Shown here: one piece after another, positions 51,501 through 64,000 of the stretch
How positions within the stretch are numbered: position 1 is the first letter of the stretch
How the letters are laid out: every line of letters begins with the position of its first letter
NCBI GenBank assembly: GCA_015680685.1
Contig: MNCI01000673.1
Span: 496,253-560,252, forward strand
Source: Gnetum montanum
Taxonomy: Eukaryota > Plantae > Gnetophyta
Reading direction: 5' to 3'
Length of the DNA stretch: 64,000 nucleotides
The notes under the pieces: model-generated
Seen by the model: only the letters and a program-made list of their open reading frames with translations
Told to the model about the DNA's origin: nothing
Database searches by the model: none
Made by a program: the position numbers and the translations under genes

Positions 51501-52254
51501 ATCAAAGACTACCTCCCTAGACTTTCGTGCTAAGGAAATTAAGCTAGATGACAAAATAGGAGACATTACTACAACCCCTATGTTCATAATGATATAGGTT
51601 AATCATTTTAAGATACATAGGGTGCATGTCAATGATAGTGTGGCAACGAATTCAATACCTTTTTCTATCATCAAAAAACTAGGACTTACTGAAAAAATAC
51701 AGCCCATGACAACCTCTTTCCTAAAATCCTTTAGTGGTTCCCATGTTGGAGTGAGAGGTATGGTTACCTTGGATTTCGTAGCTGGGGACCAATTCTCCAC
51801 ATCAGATAAATTCATAGTAGTCAATGAAATGCTAGGATTTAATATAATCCTAGGGCATCCCTGGTTGGCTCAACTTAAAGTCGTATCCTCATCAATCCAT
51901 CAAGAGATCGACCTACCTTACAAGGGTGGTGAGATCATCATATATGGGGATGCAATACTACCACCTACTTCCTCACACCCTAGAGTAGATCAAAAGTTAG
52001 AAATTGTGTTCGTTGAGCCTAAGCAAGGAACCATGAGCATACTTCAAAACATAAATCCAATGTTAACTCCCAATCATATTGAAATTGAAGAAACACTAGA
52101 CAAGACAAACATAGGTGCCATCCCTACTGATGTCTCTTGGTCGGAATTACCCTTTGATATCACCGATGAAGGGGAAGGTGAGTATAAGATCTTACCCACA
52201 TGCCCAACCCCACATGTTAAGCTACAAAGGATCAAGATGCAACTCAACAAATAG
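48522..52254 (+). pseudogene. gag: gag-protease remnant of element F
   Basis: KYNGEEDPNAHL, SLTRKALEWY, CEYHQWCGHGTDYY, RVHVNDSVATNSIP, FNIILGHPWL; stop at 52252-52254; 27-bp duplication TSHQNKDNV at ~51140-51200. Confidence 0.9.
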
Positions 52255-52269
52255 AACTAAGTAACAACT

Positions 52270-52530
52270 ATCTGAAATGACGTTAAACTACAACTGTTTG
52301 AAATGACATTAAACTACCAATCATCCGGTATGACATTAAACTACCAACAAATGTCCACAATGACATTAAACTAGCCACGATTAGAAATGGCTGGTTCTGT
52401 TTAAAATTTTTTGAAAATGTTACTACCTTTGGCCCACCTGGTAATTCTTTCTTTCTTTAACAACAAATGAAATAGTCCATCATGACTTTAAACTGATGTA
52501 CCCAGCCTAAAATGGCTTTAAACTAGACCC
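52270..52530 (+). repeat. ATGACRTTAAACTA motif array after gag of F
   Basis: Four copies in 52277-52375 plus two at ~52482 and 52512. Confidence 0.85.
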
Positions 52531-52903
52531 AACAAGTTACAGATTCATGAACTCCCATCATTTTACATCGAACTTTTGTTTACAAGTTACAAGTTATAAT
52601 TTAAATTCATGCACGGTCATTGCCTTATTTTTCAAATATTTACCTTACATTTTGCTTTACATTTTAGAAATTTATGCTACCTTTAGTTGCATGCACATGT
52701 TCACAAAAAGAAAATAAAAACAATGAAAAACATGGAAAATAACAAAAATATACATATATATACATGGGATAGCAAAGTAATGAAAGAATGAAACCATTTT
52801 ATACCACAATTAAATCTAGGTCATTACATCAATCTTTATACATTCTATCAAACATCCAAAAATCTAAAAACACTTAGTGGCCTAAGTATGACTAATGCAA
52901 AGC

Positions 52904-55900
52904 TCATGGATGGGGCTGGTCCCCAAGATCCTCTTCATCATCTGTTCCTACTCCACTAGGGCCAACTCCATCATTAACATGTCCCTAAAAATACAAAATA
53001 GAAGAAAAAAACAAAATAGGAAAGGGTAATAAACAAATCATAAATACAAAAATTAGAAAAATAGTAATACTAACAATGAAAACAATAAAATCATACAAAA
53101 AATAAATGCCACAATAAAACACTCACAAGTGAGGAAGGCCCCAAGTTGGTCTCTAGATGCCATAGAATCTCCTTCTTGGGCACATTTGTCCAATCCTCCT
53201 CCAAGCCAAGGTCAATGCCAACGAGTGCTTTGCCCTTGTCCACTGGGGTCCAAGTAGGGTGATCAAGAGAGAACATGCCTGTTGCAGTCTCCCTAAAGGC
53301 AATGGTAATCGTTCTCTCTAGAGATCCCTCCACCTCGCTACATTCGACAAACCTATCATAAGTAGGACACAAACCTAACCCATAGATGAACATCTCCACC
53401 CGGTGACGTTCAGCTGACTCTTCCTTTAACCATTTCTTATATTGATGTTTGTGGTCCTTCTGGTCTTGGCCCCACTTTTGTACTTTGGTAGCGAAGGATT
53501 TCCAATCTTGACATTTCTTATTCAATAAATCTATCTATGCTCTTTGTTCTACTAAGTCACATGTAGCCTGCACCTTACTATTTAAAATCGTCCAATAACA
53601 TGCATAGGTAATTTCGGATGAGCACCATGTGCTATCACTAGACAACCTAGCAGCAGAAAAGTCATAACGGGATTGGAGATCCCTTTTCTCCTCTCTCTCT
53701 CTTTTGCTAGTGTCTCCTTCAATGTGTGAACCTCATCCCATAGATGCTTAGTTGAACATCTTAAGGTCTAGATTGTCTTAGCATTCTGTATGATGCAACC
53801 AGAAACTGCATCATAAATCTTTATTGGGACTTGCTCAATGTCCCCTAGCAATTCAAGGTGAGCATTAATGTGGGTAGATTTAGAAGGATCCCACTGGATT
53901 TTGGTGCCTTCAAGTGCACACAAAAAGTAGTCGTGATGGAAAATAAACACAAAGAAACACAGTAAAACTAGACACTTAGCATGACATGTAATGTACACAC
54001 ACCTAGTTTTGGATGAGCTTCTTGTAAGTGGGTGACCACCTCATTAACAATGCCTGTAACAAAATCCATTTTGCTAGGTATCTCAAGCCATGGCCTCAAT
54101 GAATCAGTTGATGTGGGATGAGTAGGGGAGGTTTCTTCAATTAGAACCTATGATCCTGACACTGCTTCCCAAGACATAGGTGCCTTAGGAATTTTAGAGT
54201 TTATCCCAAAATGGTCAAAATAATCAAGAACAACACATAAAAATCAAAAGATGCAGAATATAGATTAAGCTAAAGAGGAACATACCAAAAAGACCTTTGC
54301 TATCCAGCCTAGGTGGATCACCAAGCTACAAAGAATCTATCAAAGAAACCATCAAGAACATCCCTTTGATCACTTGAATGCCTAAGTACATCTAAGACCT
54401 CCACAAGATTCATTCCCAAGTTTCTTGTCCCCTCCTCTTCTTGTGGGGCAAGAATTTCTCCTTTGATTTCTTTTTCTTTTTCTTTTCCTTCCTCCTCAAG
54501 TATCAAAGCCATGACCTCTCTCTCCTTCTCTGGACTTTCCTTTGAAATAGCACCAGAACCTTAAAGTTAGTTTGATATAGCTCATAGGTACATCCAATAG
54601 CATATAAAATAGAAATAAAAGGCAAATATATAATAATAAAACAAACCACTTACCCTCCACTAGCAGTATAAACAAAATATTCTTTGCCCTTGGGGGCCTC
54701 ACATCTAAAGTAGATTCCTTTACACATTCCTTCCTTTTCACCTTTGCCTTGGACTTTCCAATAGTCTTACTAATTAAGTGTTCAACCCTCTTGATAGATG
54801 TGCGTAGCCTAGGTGGTTCCAATCCCAAGTTATCATGGGAATGATGAGAACGGCTTGCCATACCTCCACTAGTAACCGATACAGACTCCTCAATGTCTTC
54901 CGACGGGTCCTGGGATCTAGTGGTGCTATATAAGTGGCATATCCAAGGGTGGGATAATTTCAAATGGTCTCTCAAAATGTAGTGGTTATCCTCATGAACT
55001 ACTAGGAATTCAGTGAACCTATGTAGGTATCCCGCAAAGAAGGCAAAGATGAAGTGGAATTTTGCATGGATGCTTGAATGTAACTTGATAATTTCCCCAC
55101 GAAGGCCAGATTCTAGAAATTGTACTTAATTGTATTGCATGCCTATCTCCAAAAGCACATGCATCACATGCGCAGACTTGATCCCAAGGTTTATCCCTTG
55201 AGAAAGAGATTTGGGGAATGCCCTTGCCCAAAAGAGAGGATATAAGAAGTTCACTTCCATCGATCGGGTATCCTCTCACATGGTAAATCCCTTGGGGCCC
55301 TTAGACAAACCTAGCCACTACTCAAGCTCCCTTATGACTTATTCATCCTTAGTTGCTTTGTCCATGGCTACCATGGCACCATTCATGGGAATGCCAAAAA
55401 GATCATAAAGAAACTCAATGATTAGGTGGAATGATACCTTTACTCCTCAAACCCATGTGGTAAAATGAGAAGCATCACCACTAAAAGAGTCAACAATCGT
55501 AACCATCTTAGCAGTCGGAACGCTAGGAGTCAAGGCTGTAAACAAGTCCATCAAACCGGCTTGGGTGAGATGACCAATAATCAAATCAGAAGCTCACTTC
55601 CGTAACCACTTTTTAATTGCTCTACCTCCCCATACTTTGTGAAAAGTGTAGCCTCAATATGCCCTATAGTAATAGTAACTTCTTTGGGGGGGATGACTAC
55701 TATAAAAGAAAAACATAGAGTGAAAAGTTAGAAAAGGGACATGACATACAATGATGCAAAAAAGGAAAAGAAAATAGAGTCTAAGGTGTAGGGTCACTTA
55801 CCATCTGTGACTAGTGAAGGCAAGGTGGGCGTAGGATCAATCCTTTGGGAAAGAATTGGCCTATTAAGAGACCAATCCTTATGTAATCAACCGTGAGCTG

Positions 55901-57540
55901 GGCAATGCTCAAAGGCTCTTGAAAATTGCTTATGGGAGTCAACAAGGGTCATCTTTGTCTAGTCTAACACTGCGGCACAAAGAATGGGGCCCACCATAAA
56001 TGTCCCTATTGTTGTGCACATTAAAGAAAGCCCACCATCATCATCGCGCATCCCATGTTCATCAAAATGGGGCCTACATAGGAAAACAACATTCACATTT
56101 AAATGATGACATAAAATTAAAAAGAAATTACAAGTTAAAGTAAGACACAAAGGAGCATACCTGTCCACTTTATATACTATCCTGGGTGGGTTCTGAAATA
56201 AAGTATGCACATGAAGGGCCAGGAAAAGTGTGTTTCTACTATTATACTGACTATAGTCAGGCAGCTCCCTCACACGAGTTAAAGTACGAGTGGATCTAGG
56301 ACCTTCAGTAGGGCCTCCCTCAACTCTAAAAAGTCCCTCATTGATATCAGTGATAAAGGCTAGCATGTCTTGTGTAGCCCCAGGAAAAATGGTCTCAATA
56401 ATATCATGGGCCATCTATTCAATTAGATGAGACCATATGACAACACTAAAATTTTGTAGTATAAATGAAAAAAATGAACTGGCATTGGGATAGAACCATA
56501 TTACATGGGGCCCAATTCGCATGTCATAGGGAGGTGTGTCTAGCCCAAGGGGTCCAAACCAAGCAAGTACACCAACAAGCTCAATGACGAGGAGAGAAGA
56601 TTTAGGTCCCCTGCACATAATCAAAACATTGGGTAAGTGAAAAATCCAAGAGATAACAATAGATGAACATCACATAAACAAATATCACACCCCATGAGAT
56701 AAGGAAACTAACATCTATTTAGTGTAATCTTATACTTAATAGGGTACATTGAAATTGGTTTTAGAGAAAATCCATGTTTAAATCATTAATCCTAGAAAAA
56801 TAATAAACAATATAAAATTTAGAAATCATTGAACATCTTGGAAAATTAATTTTCAAAGCAAGGAAGACTTGACACTCACACCACAACCTCTCAAAGGCAA
56901 CTCACACTAGAAGGTTATTCCAACTAAGTCACGTAGTCCTCCCTCGACACTCATGCTAGGTGCTTACAATTGTTATCCAGAACCTAGCAATCATATAGTA
57001 GCCAATGGAAAAACAGCAAAGGGAATAGCCTTCTCCAAATGAATCACACTGACCAAGTCACATTAGGCCTTCCCACCCCACCATCAGCTCACGCTAGGTC
57101 TTCATCCCTAAAACTCATGCTAGCCTTCCCAGATTCTAGCTCTCGCTGGAACTACAACTAGTTCTAAAAACTTTGCATTAGCTTCCTCTACAACTAGTCA
57201 TGCTAAGAAAGCTCAAAACCCTATAACTATAACATCGATAAAGCTAGAAATTTTGCAGCCAAAATGCCAAGGAAACTGAAAACCTGTGCACTCATGCCCC
57301 AAATCGCAAGCCCAAAAATCCCAAGCACAAATTCTCATCCTAAGTAATGCTCCTTGCAGAAATACTAGTGAAAAATTGGGGGTAAATAATTTACCTGTGC
57401 AACACCTTATTCCACATCAGAATCCTAACTTGGGGGAGACATTGGAGGAGCTCTTCACTCTCCTCCACAAACACCAAGGCTTCCTACTTCCTTCCCTTAC
57501 CCCTACTTGCCTTCCCCTTGCCCTTGTCTTTCATGGTCAT
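52904..57540 (-). pseudogene. Antisense multi-exon accessory gene of F
   Basis: Exon 1 57540-57395 (MTMKDKGKGKASRGKGRK); NIF-like exon 56610-56161 (LLVIELVGVL...FFSFILQNFSVVIWSHL...YNSRNTLFLALH..LFQNPPR); PMD-like exon (GLMDLFTA...LFGIP ~55560-55385; SHPWI..SQDPSE); coiled-coil ORF 53091-53525; acidic last exon ending in TGA at 52904. Confidence 0.85.
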
Positions 57541-57907
57541 GCTGATGCTAATGCTAACGCCTTGGCTCACGCTGCACTTTGGGAAGGTCCTTATTCAAAA
57601 TTCCCTTTTCTATCCCTCCCTATTTATTTAATTTTTTAAATATAATTTTTAGCCTTTTATTTTAGTTCCTCTTCTTTACTTTGGTTACATGTTGTTGTTC
57701 AAACCATCGTTGCCTGGTGATGCCCTAGCTTTCCTTGTCATTCCAACCCCCAAAATGGGGTCCAAAATTTCTTATGAAAGAGAGGAAAGTGATGAAAAAT
57801 AAAAAATAAAAAAATAAACATATATAAACATTTGGAAAAGGCATAAATTCATAAAAATTTAAAAGTCAAAATTTAAAATTTAAAAATAGTGTAAGTCAAC
57901 ATTACTA

Positions 57908-57990
57908 GCCCAATATGGCCTTAAACTACCATGTGGCCCAATATGGCCTTAAATTACCATGTGGCCCAGTATGGCCTTAAACTACCATGT
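57908..57990 (+). repeat. 28-bp tandem x3 (GCCCAATATGGCCTTAAACTACCATGTG) just upstream of pol
   Basis: Three near-identical copies with the same core motif as the post-gag arrays. Confidence 0.9.
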
Positions 57991-58110
57991 CTATGTCATC
58001 GCATCTTCTATTGTTGTTGATTACCTTGTGTTCATTTACACTTTGTAATTCTCATACCAAAAGGGTGTCTCTTACTTTGCTCCCATTTTAAATTGGTAGG
58101 AGTGAGCACT

Positions 58111-61100
58111 ATGGCCACGAAGAACATCCTCTCAACATTGTCTATCAGTGGACCATATGGGGAGGTAGAGAGAGTGATCAACCCAGAATCCTTGGATCTA
58201 AATCCATCCACCTATACCAATTTGATAGCCTCCACTCAAGAAACCTTATACTGGCTTAAAAACATGGCTAAAAATCTAGATCTAGAAGCTAACAATATCA
58301 CTGAAGATCCTCTTATTGAAATCCCCATTACCATGGTCAATGGCAAAGCTAGAACATTAAAATTAAGTGACTTACTAGACTCAAAACATGTAGGTGACAT
58401 CACCCAGGTGTTAAAAGATAACATAAAAACATTCGCATGGTCATATATAGACATGCCAAGATTAGATCCCTAAATCATCTAACACAACATTATCCTTGAT
58501 GAAAAAATTAAACCAGTGAAACAAAAAGCACAAAAGGTTAGACCTGAGGTGGCGTTACCAATCCACACTAAAATCACAAAGCTCTACCAAGCTGGTTTCA
58601 TCTGAGCCATTGATTATTCCAACTAGGTATCAAACATTGTTGTAGTTTCCAAAAAGAATGGTAGTATACGCATATGCATCGACTTTCGTGATCTCAATGT
58701 AGCCACTATAAAGGATGATTTCTTATTGCCTAGCATTGATCAACTTATTGACATGACTATTGGGCATGCATTATTGTCCTTCATGGACGAATTTTTGGGC
58801 TATAATCAAATAAGAATCAATCTGGAACATCAACTTAGAACAACTTTCATGACACCATGGGGCACATTCTATTATACGATGACACCATTTGATCTTAAAA
58901 ATGCAGGTGCCACATATCAACAAGCAATGACATACATATTTAGTGATTACATGCTCAATTTTCTCAATGATTATGGTGACAACATCACAGTCAAATCTAA
59001 AATAACTAAACAACATGAAAAAGATCTAGACTTAGTGCTTAAACGTTGTCTCAAGTATGACCTTAGACTCAACCCAAAGAAATGCATTTTTGGCATTAAA
59101 ATAGGCAAAATGCTCAGTTTCCTAGTCTCCAAAACAAGGATACAGGTAGACCGTGATAAGGTTAAAGCAATAACCAATATGCAACCACCAAGAAACCTCA
59201 CCGAACTACGTGGCCTCTATGGTAGACTGCAATTCATCAGACGCTTTATTGAAAGACTGATGGATAAGTTGAGTCCCATGCAACATCTATTATGAAAGAA
59301 TGTACATTTCCAATGGACTCAACAATGGCAGGAAGCATTTGAGAACATAAAATAAGAGTTGGCTAAACTATCAACTATTTATCCTCAACAAAGTGATAAA
59401 CCTTTCTTCATCTACCTTGCAACTTCTAATACATCCATTACATCGATGCTTTGTCAAAAACATGAGGATGGGGTCCAAATCCCTATATATTACTTGAGCC
59501 ATGCATTAATCACCTATGAGCAATGATACAATGATGCAAAAAAAATCATGTCTTTCCCTTGTCTTCTCCCTAAAGAAATGGTGGAATTATATCTTCCATA
59601 ATCAGGTTTACATAATTTGCAAGGATAATGTTCTCCATCCCATCACTAATAATATCTATGAGTCAAATAGGTTGGCTAGGTGGAAAGTGATGATCTCAAA
59701 GTTTGACTTGCACTATGTCACTCAATCTTCCACAAAAGGTCAAGAAATAGTCATGCAACTAACTGTCTTACCGACCCATGATCAAATGACAATAAACCCC
59801 GAATTCCTAGATGAGAATGTTAATAGTGTAGACATCGTACCTGATAACTATGAGGCAATCCTCTACTTCGATGGAGCTTCAACCTCCCGAGGAGGAAGTG
59901 CTACGACCATTTTAACATATCCCTATGGAGAAATCGAACCCTTCACCTACTGATTAACCTTTCCTTGCATCAATAATGTGGCAGAGTATGAGGGTCTTCT
60001 TCGAGATCTTCAAATAGAATTAACTTCAAGAATCTCACATCTTGTAGTTTGAGGTGATTCACAGCTAGTAATTAATCAAAACACTAAGGTCTACTCATGT
60101 AAGGCTCTTCATTTGCAACTGTATTATGATTTGACCAAACAGTTGGTGAGGAAACTAGTAGAAGTGGATATACAACATGTCCCCAGAAGTAAAAACACAA
60201 TTTCCGATGCACTCGCTACACTAGCCTTAAACATGACACCTGAAATGTTCCATGCGTTGCCTAGCTCTATAACAAGTTGTGCCAAACCTATAATTAACAC
60301 TCCAGATGAAGTACCTATAGCATCTGTTAGTACAACACATGCAATAGAATGGTATGATGACATAAAAGAGTACCTTCTAAGAGGCAAACCTCCACAACAC
60401 TTGACAAATTCTTAAAAGGATGTCGTGTGAAAACGTTCCTAACAATACGCATTAATAGGAGACACCTTGTATCATAAATCCTATGAAGGCATTCTGCTAA
60501 TGTGTGTTAGTAGCATTAACAGTCAAAAAATCATAGAACAAGTCCATGAAGGTTTGTGGAGGGCATATATCACCCAAAGAAATGGCAACAAAGATTAGAC
60601 GCTTAGGCTATTACTGGCCACACATGGAGTACGATTGCATCTCCAAGGTAAGAATGTGTAACATTTGCCAAAAGCATGGTAATCTAATACATGTGCCACC
60701 TAACGAATTACATACAATATAAATCACATGGCCATTCCAAAAATGGGTTTAGACTTAATTGGACCAATAATGCCATCGTCTTCAGCAGGACATACCTTTA
60801 TTATCACTACGACTGAATATTTCACAAAATGGGTAGAAGTTATTCCCCTTAGGAAGACCACCTTAAAGAACATTTGTACTTTCATAATAGAAAATATCGT
60901 GACCCATTATGGTATTCCAATGACCATCGTTACTGACAATGGATGACAATTCAACAGTGTAGATACTAAAAGCTTTTGTGAAAGCCTGGGTATTAAACAT
61001 GCATTTTCANGACAATTCAACAGTGTAGATACTAAAAGCTTTTGTGAAAGCTTGGGTATTAAACATGCATTNCCCACAAAGCTATCATCATGGTGCTTAA

Positions 61101-61610
61101 AAAGATGCTAAATCAGAGCAAGAAACAATGGCACGAACAATCATTCTACGCATTGTGGACTTACAAAATGACACATCAAACATCCACAGGTAAAAATCCA
61201 TATAGTGTTATGTACGGATCTGAAGCTATTTTACCTTTAGAGTTGTAGGTTTCCTCATTACAGATAGCTCTCTCCAACCTCCTCAATGAAAGTTAAAAAA
61301 TGAATTGCGCATTGCTGACCTTGATTCGATAGAGGAGGAACATGTATGAACATTTGATCAAATCAAATGGTACTAGAAACAACAGTGGAAATGACACAAA
61401 CATGATCTATACAAATGCCTGATCAAAGAAGGAGACTTAGTCCTTAAAGTCGTATGTGAACACTCGGAAAAATTCTCAGCCAACTGGGAAGGGCCTTACT
61501 TAGTCACCAAGCCATACAATAATGGAGCGTTCAAACTTGTTGATATGAATGGGAATGAGTTCACTAATCCTAAAAATCACTTATACCTAAAATGGTACTA
61601 TATCTCATAA
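58111..61610 (+). pseudogene. pol: pol of element F: RT - RH - aRH - integrase (disrupted)
   Basis: FAWSYIDMPRLDP, RICIDFRDLN, LKNAGATYQ, aRH LYFDGAS..NNVAEYEGL, integrase GLDLIGP/EYFTKWVE/VTDNG, NWEGPY; stop at 61608-61610. Confidence 0.95.
61010..61072. other. Assembly gap artefact: 61-bp duplicate of 60945-61005 flanked by single Ns
   Basis: N at 61010 and 61072 bracket a repeat of the preceding integrase sequence; part of the integrase is missing after it relative to B. Confidence 0.85.
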
Positions 61611-61625
61611 ACTTGAGGTACATCA

Positions 61626-62035
61626 TAGTCCTAGCATCATGACTTAAAACTGATATCACAGAGTAGTCCTAGCATCATGACTTAAAACTGATACCACAGA
61701 GTATTCCTAGCATCATGACTTAAAACTAATACCACAGAGTAGTCCTAGCATCATGACTTAAAACTAATACCATGGAGTAGTTCTGAAGTCATAACAATAA
61801 ACTAACACCACAGAGCTTTGTCTCGTATGATGCTAAACTACCACATTTGTTCACCATGACATAAAACTAGCACCCAAAGTCCACTAAGACTATAAACTAG
61901 TTTCTCTCTTCACAGTCTTTCATGACTATAAACTAGCAATGCACCATCTGCTACGATGCTAAACTAGCACCATCCAAAGGGTTATGACATGAAACTAACC
62001 TGCAACAGTCCGCTAAGACTATAAACTGGCGATAT
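61626..62035 (+). repeat. 3'UTR motif array of F: five ~38-bp near-identical units, then ~7 divergent ATGACNTAAAACTRGCA units
   Basis: TAGTCCTAGCATCATGACTTAAAACTRATAYCACAGAG x5, followed by degenerate copies. Confidence 0.9.
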
Positions 62036-63166
62036 CATCAATGACCAGGAAAAACTTGAAAAGATGTGTTGCTGTAATTGGCTATTCATGTTTCACAAAG
62101 ACTTGTTGCATGATTTGTCCCATGGAACCTAATGAAGCTGATGCCATTCATGATTCTATCTATTTCTCCCTGTTTAAAGTGCTTAGCTAACCATTTCATT
62201 TGTGGTTTTCTTATCTTCTTGGAGTTCTGTTTGCAAGATGACACTCCTGAGGCATTTGGGCATAGATACACTTCATCATGAGGACAAGGTATCACATTCT
62301 TCCTAATGCACGTAACTAGGTTAATCAATCCATTCATAAGTACATTCCTAAATCCTAATACATTCCTTATTCCCCATCATGCCCCTTTTACTATTCAATT
62401 ACATTTCCTAGATACATTATATTCTACTCACCTCAAAACCCTTGATACACTATTACATACTATAACTCCCTAAGCAGTTGCAATGCAAAATACAATACAC
62501 GATGCATGACCCAAAATACAAGTGCTCAAACATGAGCATAACATTAAAAGAAAGATCTTTCAAAAACACCCAAAATAAAAATAAAAGGAAAACACAAAAC
62601 AAAATAAAAAAACAAGAAAAGAAAACAAAAGGGTCAAAGAGAAAGATGCATGGAAAAGGTCTTCATGACCCCGTTGACATCATAAGCAAAAGACTATTGG
62701 CTATTCTCATACAAGCCCTATGCGAGAAGGAAATTATCTTGAAAAATAGTTACATTCATGTCTCAAAGAGATCATGTTGCACATCATCGCGTGGCTTTGG
62801 CTGTTTACAATAGGCCTTACAAATACTCTATAAGAGTCCCATTTCTCCAAAGAATGTACCTCGTATGTCTTGGTTCTAAGTCTATTGAAAACCCAGCTAT
62901 TGGCAAGGAACAATGACATAACTTGTTCATGTGAGAGCATTCCTCTCCCAAAATTCCAACAACAATTATCACCCTTGACCACCTCCCAACTTCCCAGTTA
63001 CAACCAATCCCTTGCATCTTGAAAAACATTCCCTTGATCCCATGTACTTTTGAAAATAGAGCGATGACATCTAGCCAAGGGTAGATAGACAATGCTTGGT
63101 ACTTGGTTGTTCATGGTGTTTTGCACTTCTTTATCAATGCCTCTTGGGTGGATTCCTCCAGACGTC

Positions 63167-63182
63167 AACAAAGAGGGACCAG
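63167..63182 (+). promoter_or_regulatory. Polypurine tract of F
   Basis: CAACAAAGAGGGACCAG directly before the LTR TG. Confidence 0.85.
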
Positions 63183-64000
63183 TGAAACACCACTAATTTC
63201 GGCCTCGCACTTTGAAATGAAAATGACTCAAGAATTTTTAAAGCTCTGGGAGGAAAAAATGTAACTAAGGCATTTTTCTCACCCTTAGTGTGAGCAACTC
63301 CTAATAGTGTCAAAATTAGGTCAATAGTCTAGCATCAAAATTTTAGCATCAGCATCAAAAATTGCAAGTTTTTTAGGTCACACTACAGGTCACGCTGTAG
63401 CGTGACCATATCATGACCTACCCAAAATGGCTCCAAATTAGACATATCCAAGCTCAAATTTCTAGATCTAGATCACATAGAGGAAGGTAGTAGTTTTACT
63501 TAGAAATAGGCTTTAAAAATTTGAAATTTGGTGTCAAAATTTGCATTTTACTTGACTCATGCTTAGGTCACACCCAGCGTGACTGCAACGTGACTACCGG
63601 TCACAATCACATAAAAACACTTCAAATGCATGCTAAAGACATACTAAATCCTAGAAAAATCATGTTGGGAGCCCTAGTAGAGATTCCTTGAATAGCCTCA
63701 AATCGACATCTCGACATCTTCGAGCAGTTGATCCATTGTCAAGAAAATCGGGGTTGAATTTCTCTTTTTGTTCATTTCATTGTAACTCTTTATTTGTGGT
63801 TTTGTCACGCCCTCACAGTATAAATTGTATGTACTTCCATGGGCTTGAGTAACCCACAAGTTGTAAAATGCAATGTACCTAGTCAAGAACATAGCTTGCC
63901 GACACACATCCAACTCATGCACAACTATCCACCAGACACATGTCACTTGATCCATTTTTCTCTCATCCCTTAGCCATTAATTCCACACTTGGATTTTGAA
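63183..64000 (+). repeat. 3' LTR of element F (partial)
   Basis: Colinear with 46661 to ~47500. Confidence 0.93.

Larger units (their letters stand above)
46661..64000 (+). mobile_element. Element F: apparently full-length Tat-type retrotransposon; 3' LTR runs off the window
   Basis: 5' LTR 46661-48091, PBS, gag-PR, antisense cassette, RT-RH-aRH-INT, PPT and 3' LTR from 63183; predicted TSD CTGTG. Confidence 0.94.

Noticed and set aside
58236-60387. Minus-strand ORFs overlapping pol and gag (e.g. 58236-58454, 58971-59201, 11012-11248)
   Set aside because: Shadow frames of the + strand coding sequence.
60945-61075. Duplication within F's integrase
   Set aside because: Bounded by Ns; a scaffolding artefact.
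61626-62035. Hammerhead ribozyme (retrozyme-like) reading of ..ATGA..AAAC units
   Set aside because: No CTGANGA core paired with GAAA and no consistent flanking stems were found by eye; an Infernal search would settle it.

Overview
Plant heterochromatic window made almost entirely of nested, decayed Ty3/Gypsy LTR retrotransposons of the non-chromoviral Tat group (tRNA-Asn PBS, RT-RH-aRH-INT order, no chromodomain), all on the + strand. Six insertions resolve: A (173-4618, truncated), C (LTR from 4619, split by B, internal region to ~34600), B (6193-23921, full length with TSD), solo LTR D (35421-37429), E (39095-46660, truncated at both ends) and F (46661 to past the window end). No host genes were found. 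The main observation is the elements' architecture. gag-protease ends in a stop codon and is separated from a stand-alone pol ORF by a ~6 kb cassette. That cassette holds an antisense gene of about 8 exons, homologous in four diverged families (B, C, E, F). Manual splicing gives a basic N-terminus, an FCP1/SCP (NIF, HAD-fold) phosphatase-like domain with altered catalytic residues, a probable plant-mobile-domain-like region, a coiled coil and an acidic tail. The non-coding parts carry arrays of a ~17-24 nt motif (ATGRCNTWAAACTRGCA) and family-specific YYACGCT heptamers. Together these suggest a retrotransposon-encoded pseudophosphatase/PMD regulatory or anti-silencing system. Domain calls are by eye and need HMM or structural confirmation. 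All copies here are pseudogenised.
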